From a candidate division WOR-3 bacterium (GTDB taxonomy: Bacteria; Hydrothermota; Hydrothermia; Hydrothermales; Hydrothermaceae), in the NCBI GenBank assembly GCA_039803745.1, contig JBDRZD010000049.1:1-11870 (forward strand): 11,870 nucleotides of DNA, given 5' to 3'. The position numbers and the translations under genes were made by a program. Below the pieces are notes generated by a model that had not been told where the DNA came from, did not search any database, and worked only from the letters and a program-made list of their open reading frames with translations. Positions 8,284 through 11,870 of this stretch are shown piece after piece (position 1 is the stretch's first letter; each line of letters begins with the position of its first letter).

Positions 8284-8759
8284 TAGAGGAGATTAAAAGT
8301 ATTCTTAAAGAGAAATTTGGAGAAAATATAGAATTTGAAGAAAAAGGAAAAGAATTTATGATAATTGTGGATAAAGATTTTCTTTTTGAATGTTTAAAAC
8401 TTTTGAGGGAGCATCCCTTTTTATTTTTTGATTTTTTAACTGATATTACTGCAATAGATCATTATCCTCAGGATAAGAGGTTTGAAATTGTTTATCATCT
8501 GTATTCTTTCAAATTCTCAAGAAGAATAAGGGTGAAAAGCAAATTGGAAGAACCTGAAATTAAATCATGTGTATCAATATGGAAAAGTGCATCGTGGCCT
8601 GAAAGAGAAATTTATGAAATGTTTGGAATACATTTCTTTGACCATCCAAATTTAAAAAGCCTTCTTTTATGGGATAAATTTGAAGGTTTCCCTTTAAGAA
8701 AAGATTTTCAAATTGATTCTGAGATTCGGAGTCCTGATTTTAAAGATTTAGAGGAATGA
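8280..8759 (+). CDS. nuoC: NADH-quinone oxidoreductase subunit C (NuoC)
   Basis: Motifs FDFLTDITAIDH, RFEIVYHLYS, WPEREIYEMFGIHF.DHPNL and EGFPLRKDF. TTGA start/stop overlap with nuoB. Confidence 0.93.
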   Translation: MIEEIKSILKEKFGENIEFEEKGKEFMIIVDKDFLFECLKLLREHPFLFFDFLTDITAIDHYPQDKRFEIVYHLYSFKFSRRIRVKSKLEEPEIKSCVSIWKSASWPEREIYEMFGIHFFDHPNLKSLLLWDKFEGFPLRKDFQIDSEIRSPDFKDLEE

Positions 8760-9874
8760 TGGAATTAAATATAGGACCACACCATCCATCAACTTGTGGA
8801 TTCAGAATAAAACTTTTTGTGGAAGGTGAAAAGATAATTAAGGCAGAATTAATGATAGGTTATATTCATAAAGGGATTGAAAAAATTTTTGAAAATCTTA
8901 ATTATATTCAAGGAATGATTCTTTCTCATAAAATTGATAATATTTCTCCATTTTCTGGCAGTTTCTCTTATGTTCTTGCAGTTGAAAAACTCCTTGATAT
9001 ACAAATTCCATTAAGAGCCCAGTATATAAGGGTAATAATTTCAGAGTTTTCAAGGATAAGTTCTCATTTATTCTGGCTTGGAACATTTTTAAATAATCTT
9101 GGCTTTTATCTTCCCTCTATTTTTGCATTAAGGGAGAGAGAAAGATTAAATAACTTAATTGAAGAGGTAATACCAAAAGGAACTTTATATTTAAGAATAG
9201 GTGGTGTTGCAAGAGATTTACCTTCGGGATGGATGGAAAGAACTTTGGATTTTCTTGAAGATTTTGAAAAAAAAGTTTATCAAATTGAGAAAACTGTTTA
9301 TGACAATGAATTTTTTATTTTAAGAACAAAAGATATAGGGATCATAAATATTGACTTGGCATTAGAACTTTCATTAACAGGACCTGTATTAAGGGGATGC
9401 GGGGTTGCATGGGATATAAGAAAAGTTTTTCCTTATTCATCTTATGATAATTTTGATTTTAAAATTCCTGTAGGTGAAAAGGGAGACTGTTATGATAGAT
9501 TTTTTGTAAGGATGGAAGAAATAAAGGAATCAATAAAAATTATAAGACAGGCAATCAAAAATTTACCCGAAGGAGAGATAATTGCTAAAGATCTTGATAT
9601 TATTCCTCCTAAAACAATTCCCCATTTTAAAGTTATTGCAGAAGGAATAAATATAAAAGAAGGGGAGGTGTATTCAAGTATTGAGAGTCCAAGGGGTGAA
9701 TTTGGATTTTATATAGTTTCAAAAAATTCTACAAAACCACACAGAGTAAGAATTAGAAGCCCTTCTTTTTATAACCTTCAGGTTCTTGAATACATATTAC
9801 CAGGAAATTCAATATCAGATTCAATTATAATCATAGGAAGCCTTGATGTTTCTCCTTTTGAAGTTGATAGATGA
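8756..9874 (+). CDS. nuoD: NADH-quinone oxidoreductase subunit D-like (NuoD, 49-kDa family), divergent quinone site
   Basis: Motifs LNIGPHHPST, GYIHKGIEK, LAVEKLL, EFSRISSHL, RIGGVARDLP, TGPVLRGCGVAWDIRK..PY, GDCYDR, ESPRGE, RSPSF and C-terminal EVDR. No CxxC Ni-binding motifs. Confidence 0.93.
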   Translation: MMELNIGPHHPSTCGFRIKLFVEGEKIIKAELMIGYIHKGIEKIFENLNYIQGMILSHKIDNISPFSGSFSYVLAVEKLLDIQIPLRAQYIRVIISEFSRISSHLFWLGTFLNNLGFYLPSIFALRERERLNNLIEEVIPKGTLYLRIGGVARDLPSGWMERTLDFLEDFEKKVYQIEKTVYDNEFFILRTKDIGIINIDLALELSLTGPVLRGCGVAWDIRKVFPYSSYDNFDFKIPVGEKGDCYDRFFVRMEEIKESIKIIRQAIKNLPEGEIIAKDLDIIPPKTIPHFKVIAEGINIKEGEVYSSIESPRGEFGFYIVSKNSTKPHRVRIRSPSFYNLQVLEYILPGNSISDSIIIIGSLDVSPFEVDR

Positions 9875-11870
9875 TGGGCAAGATTAAAATAAATGGAAAG
9901 GAATTTAAATTCAATGAAGGTGAGACAATATATACTGTTGCAAAAAGAAATAATATATTTATTCCTGTCTTATGTTATCATTCCCAGTTGAGAATAACTG
10001 GTTCTTGCGGAATATGTGTTGTTGAAGTTAAGATAAATGGAAAATCCGAACTTTTAAATTCCTGTTCCGAATTTGCAAAAGAAGGGATGGAAGTTTTCAC
10101 AGATTCTGAAAGGGTTTTAAAGAAAAGAAAAGATATTATAAAATCTTTAATTTTAAATCATCCAGTGTATTGCTCCCTCTGTGATAAAAATGGTATTTGT
10201 TTGCTTCAGGATTATACATTGCTTTATGGAGAAAAATTGGAAGAATATAAATATGAAAGAGAAATAAAAGAGTATAAAATAGAACCATTTATAAAATTCT
10301 ATCCTGATCTATGTATATTCTGTGAAAGATGTAATAGATTCTGGAATGAAGAGCTAAATGAAGGTGAAATTATTTTAATTGATAAAGAAAAAAAAGAGGT
10401 AAGATTATTAAAAGATAAAGATATTTTAAAGGGTTTTTTGAATTATCTTATAGATATATGTCCAACAGGTGCATTTTCAGAAAATATATCCCAAATTTAT
10501 GCAAAACCATGGGATTTAGAAAGAATTGATACCTATTGTACTTTTTGCTCCCTTTTCTGTGAAATAAGACTTTACATCAAGAAAAAAACAAAAACAAGGA
10601 CATATGAAGGAGGAAGAAAATTTTTACCTGATAGAATTTTTGATATAAAATATCAAAATAAGGGATTAATTGACAGTGTAATATGTGATAATGCAAAATT
10701 TGGGAGGGATTTTATTTCAAATGATAAAATATTAAAGAGGGCAAAAATAGAAGGAAAGTGGAAAGAGATAGATATGGATGAAATAGTTTTAAATTTAAAA
10801 AATAAATTAAAAAAATATATAAGTGAAGAAACAGGAATCATTTTGTCCCTTAATATGGGTAATGAGGAGATTGACTCTTTAAAAGATTTTTTTGTAAATG
10901 AAAAAAGAATAAAAAATTTTTTGATTGTTCCAGGTTTTTTTGATACTTCTTTTAATTTAATGAAAACTAATTTCAAAATAGAAGATATAGAGGATAATAC
11001 ATTTATTTTACATACAGGTTATGATTTCTTTAATTCCCATCCTGTAATCGGATTTGAAATTTTAAGAAGATTGAGAAAATTTAAAAAAGTGAATTTATTT
11101 TCGCTCTCTTATGAAAAGGGGAAGATTCAAAGAGAAGCAAATGATTTCTTATTAATAGATAATAATACATTTAAGATTTTAAAGGTTTTATTTAAAAAAT
11201 TGTATAAAGAGTTTGGGGTTAAAAAGGAGATTGAGGAGGAATTTTTGAATTCCTTTCTTTTTTTAAGAAAAATAGAAAACCTAAATGAGGATAATATTTT
11301 AAAAGAGTTGAATTTTGAAAAGGGAAGATTTTCTAAAATTGTTAAAAGTATCATAAATTCAAAAAAATTGGTTGTTATCTATCAAGATTTTATACCCTTT
11401 GAAATCCAGAAATTATGTTATTCCTTTAAATATATAAAATTTCCAGTGAAAATTTTAATATTGAGAATGTGGCAGAATACAGAATATTTTTTAAATAAAA
11501 AATTTCCAATAATAGATATTTATGAATTCAAAAGAAAAGTTGAAAATGGTATGATAAAATTTGTGATGATTTTTAATGTTAATCCATTTTTATTTATAAA
11601 GGATGAAGAATTTTTAAAAAATATTTTTGAAAAATGCGAAATATTTGTTTTTGATTCATTTAATGGGACGCATGCAGATTTATCAAATAATGTGGTTCCC
11701 CTAAAAACATTTTATGAAAAAGAAGTAAAAGTTATGGATAATTTTTGCAATATAAAGGAAATTAAAAAGGTTTTTGAAAGTGAAAGAATTTATTTACCGG
11801 AAATAATTTCCAGATTAAAAGGAAAGGAAAGTGAAGAGATAAATTTTGAAGAAAAGATTGAAATAGATTT
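9871..11870 (+). CDS. nuoG: NuoG-like Fe-S subunit (75-kDa family), 3'-truncated by the window end; absent from the ORF track
   Basis: Manual translation from ATG 9871 (ATGA overlap with nuoD) is open for 666 codons to the window end: MMGKIKINGKE..IPVLCYHSQLRITGSCGICVVE..NSC (2Fe-2S, N1b), NHPVYCSLCDKNGICLLQD (N5), CIFCERC..DICPTGAF (N4), KPWDL..TYCTFCSLFC..ICDNAKFG (N7), then a weakly recognisable molybdopterin-oxidoreductase-like region. Confidence 0.88.
   Translation, partial: MMGKIKINGKEFKFNEGETIYTVAKRNNIFIPVLCYHSQLRITGSCGICVVEVKINGKSELLNSCSEFAKEGMEVFTDSERVLKKRKDIIKSLILNHPVYCSLCDKNGICLLQDYTLLYGEKLEEYKYEREIKEYKIEPFIKFYPDLCIFCERCNRFWNEELNEGEIILIDKEKKEVRLLKDKDILKGFLNYLIDICPTGAFSENISQIYAKPWDLERIDTYCTFCSLFCEIRLYIKKKTKTRTYEGGRKFLPDRIFDIKYQNKGLIDSVICDNAKFGRDFISNDKILKRAKIEGKWKEIDMDEIVLNLKNKLKKYISEETGIILSLNMGNEEIDSLKDFFVNEKRIKNFLIVPGFFDTSFNLMKTNFKIEDIEDNTFILHTGYDFFNSHPVIGFEILRRLRKFKKVNLFSLSYEKGKIQREANDFLLIDNNTFKILKVLFKKLYKEFGVKKEIEEEFLNSFLFLRKIENLNEDNILKELNFEKGRFSKIVKSIINSKKLVVIYQDFIPFEIQKLCYSFKYIKFPVKILILRMWQNTEYFLNKKFPIIDIYEFKRKVENGMIKFVMIFNVNPFLFIKDEEFLKNIFEKCEIFVFDSFNGTHADLSNNVVPLKTFYEKEVKVMDNFCNIKEIKKVFESERIYLPEIISRLKGKESEEINFEEKIEID

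Noticed and set aside
8756..9874. NuoD as a group 4 [NiFe]-hydrogenase large subunit or MbsL
   Set aside because: No RxCxxC or DPCxxC motifs, and no Cys at those positions; the C-terminus is LDVSPFEVDR.
7829..11354. Minus-strand ORFs 7829-8041, 8898-9086, 10653-10976 and 11127-11354
   Set aside because: They overlap nuoA/B, nuoD and the long + strand nuoG frame, which has clear Fe-S motifs.
9871..11870. NuoG-like ORF as an [FeFe]-hydrogenase or formate dehydrogenase catalytic subunit
   Set aside because: No H-cluster motifs and no recognisable Mo/W-ligating Cys/Sec motif or in-frame TGA in the visible part; the N4 pattern and operon context fit NuoG.

Overview
This is an AT-rich bacterial chromosomal window, probably from a Gram-negative thermophile (inference from kdsA and the Lys/Glu-rich proteins), with every supportable gene on the + strand. 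It holds three blocks: (1) a class I/II PLP aminotransferase (DapL-like), aspartate kinase and a KtrB/TrkH K+ channel; (2) groES, groEL, an FmdB-type zinc ribbon, a KdsA-like synthase, tRNA-Ala(TGC) and a lipoprotein thermonuclease; (3) the start of a complex I-like operon, nuoA-B-C-D-G. The nuoG-like ORF is not in the supplied ORF track because it runs off the window end, and no nuoEF lies between D and G. The main finding is that this complex I-like module keeps all visible Fe-S ligands (N1b, N5, N4, N7, N2) but has replaced the conserved quinone-site residues in NuoD and NuoB and the carboxylates of NuoA, which suggests a non-canonical electron acceptor or coupling mode. Other leads are a candidate RNA thermometer or operator in place of CIRCE at groESL, an internal beta-subunit start and altered ACT sites in aspartate kinase, and a KdsA with changed substrate motifs. 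All family assignments come from recalled motifs, not database searches.
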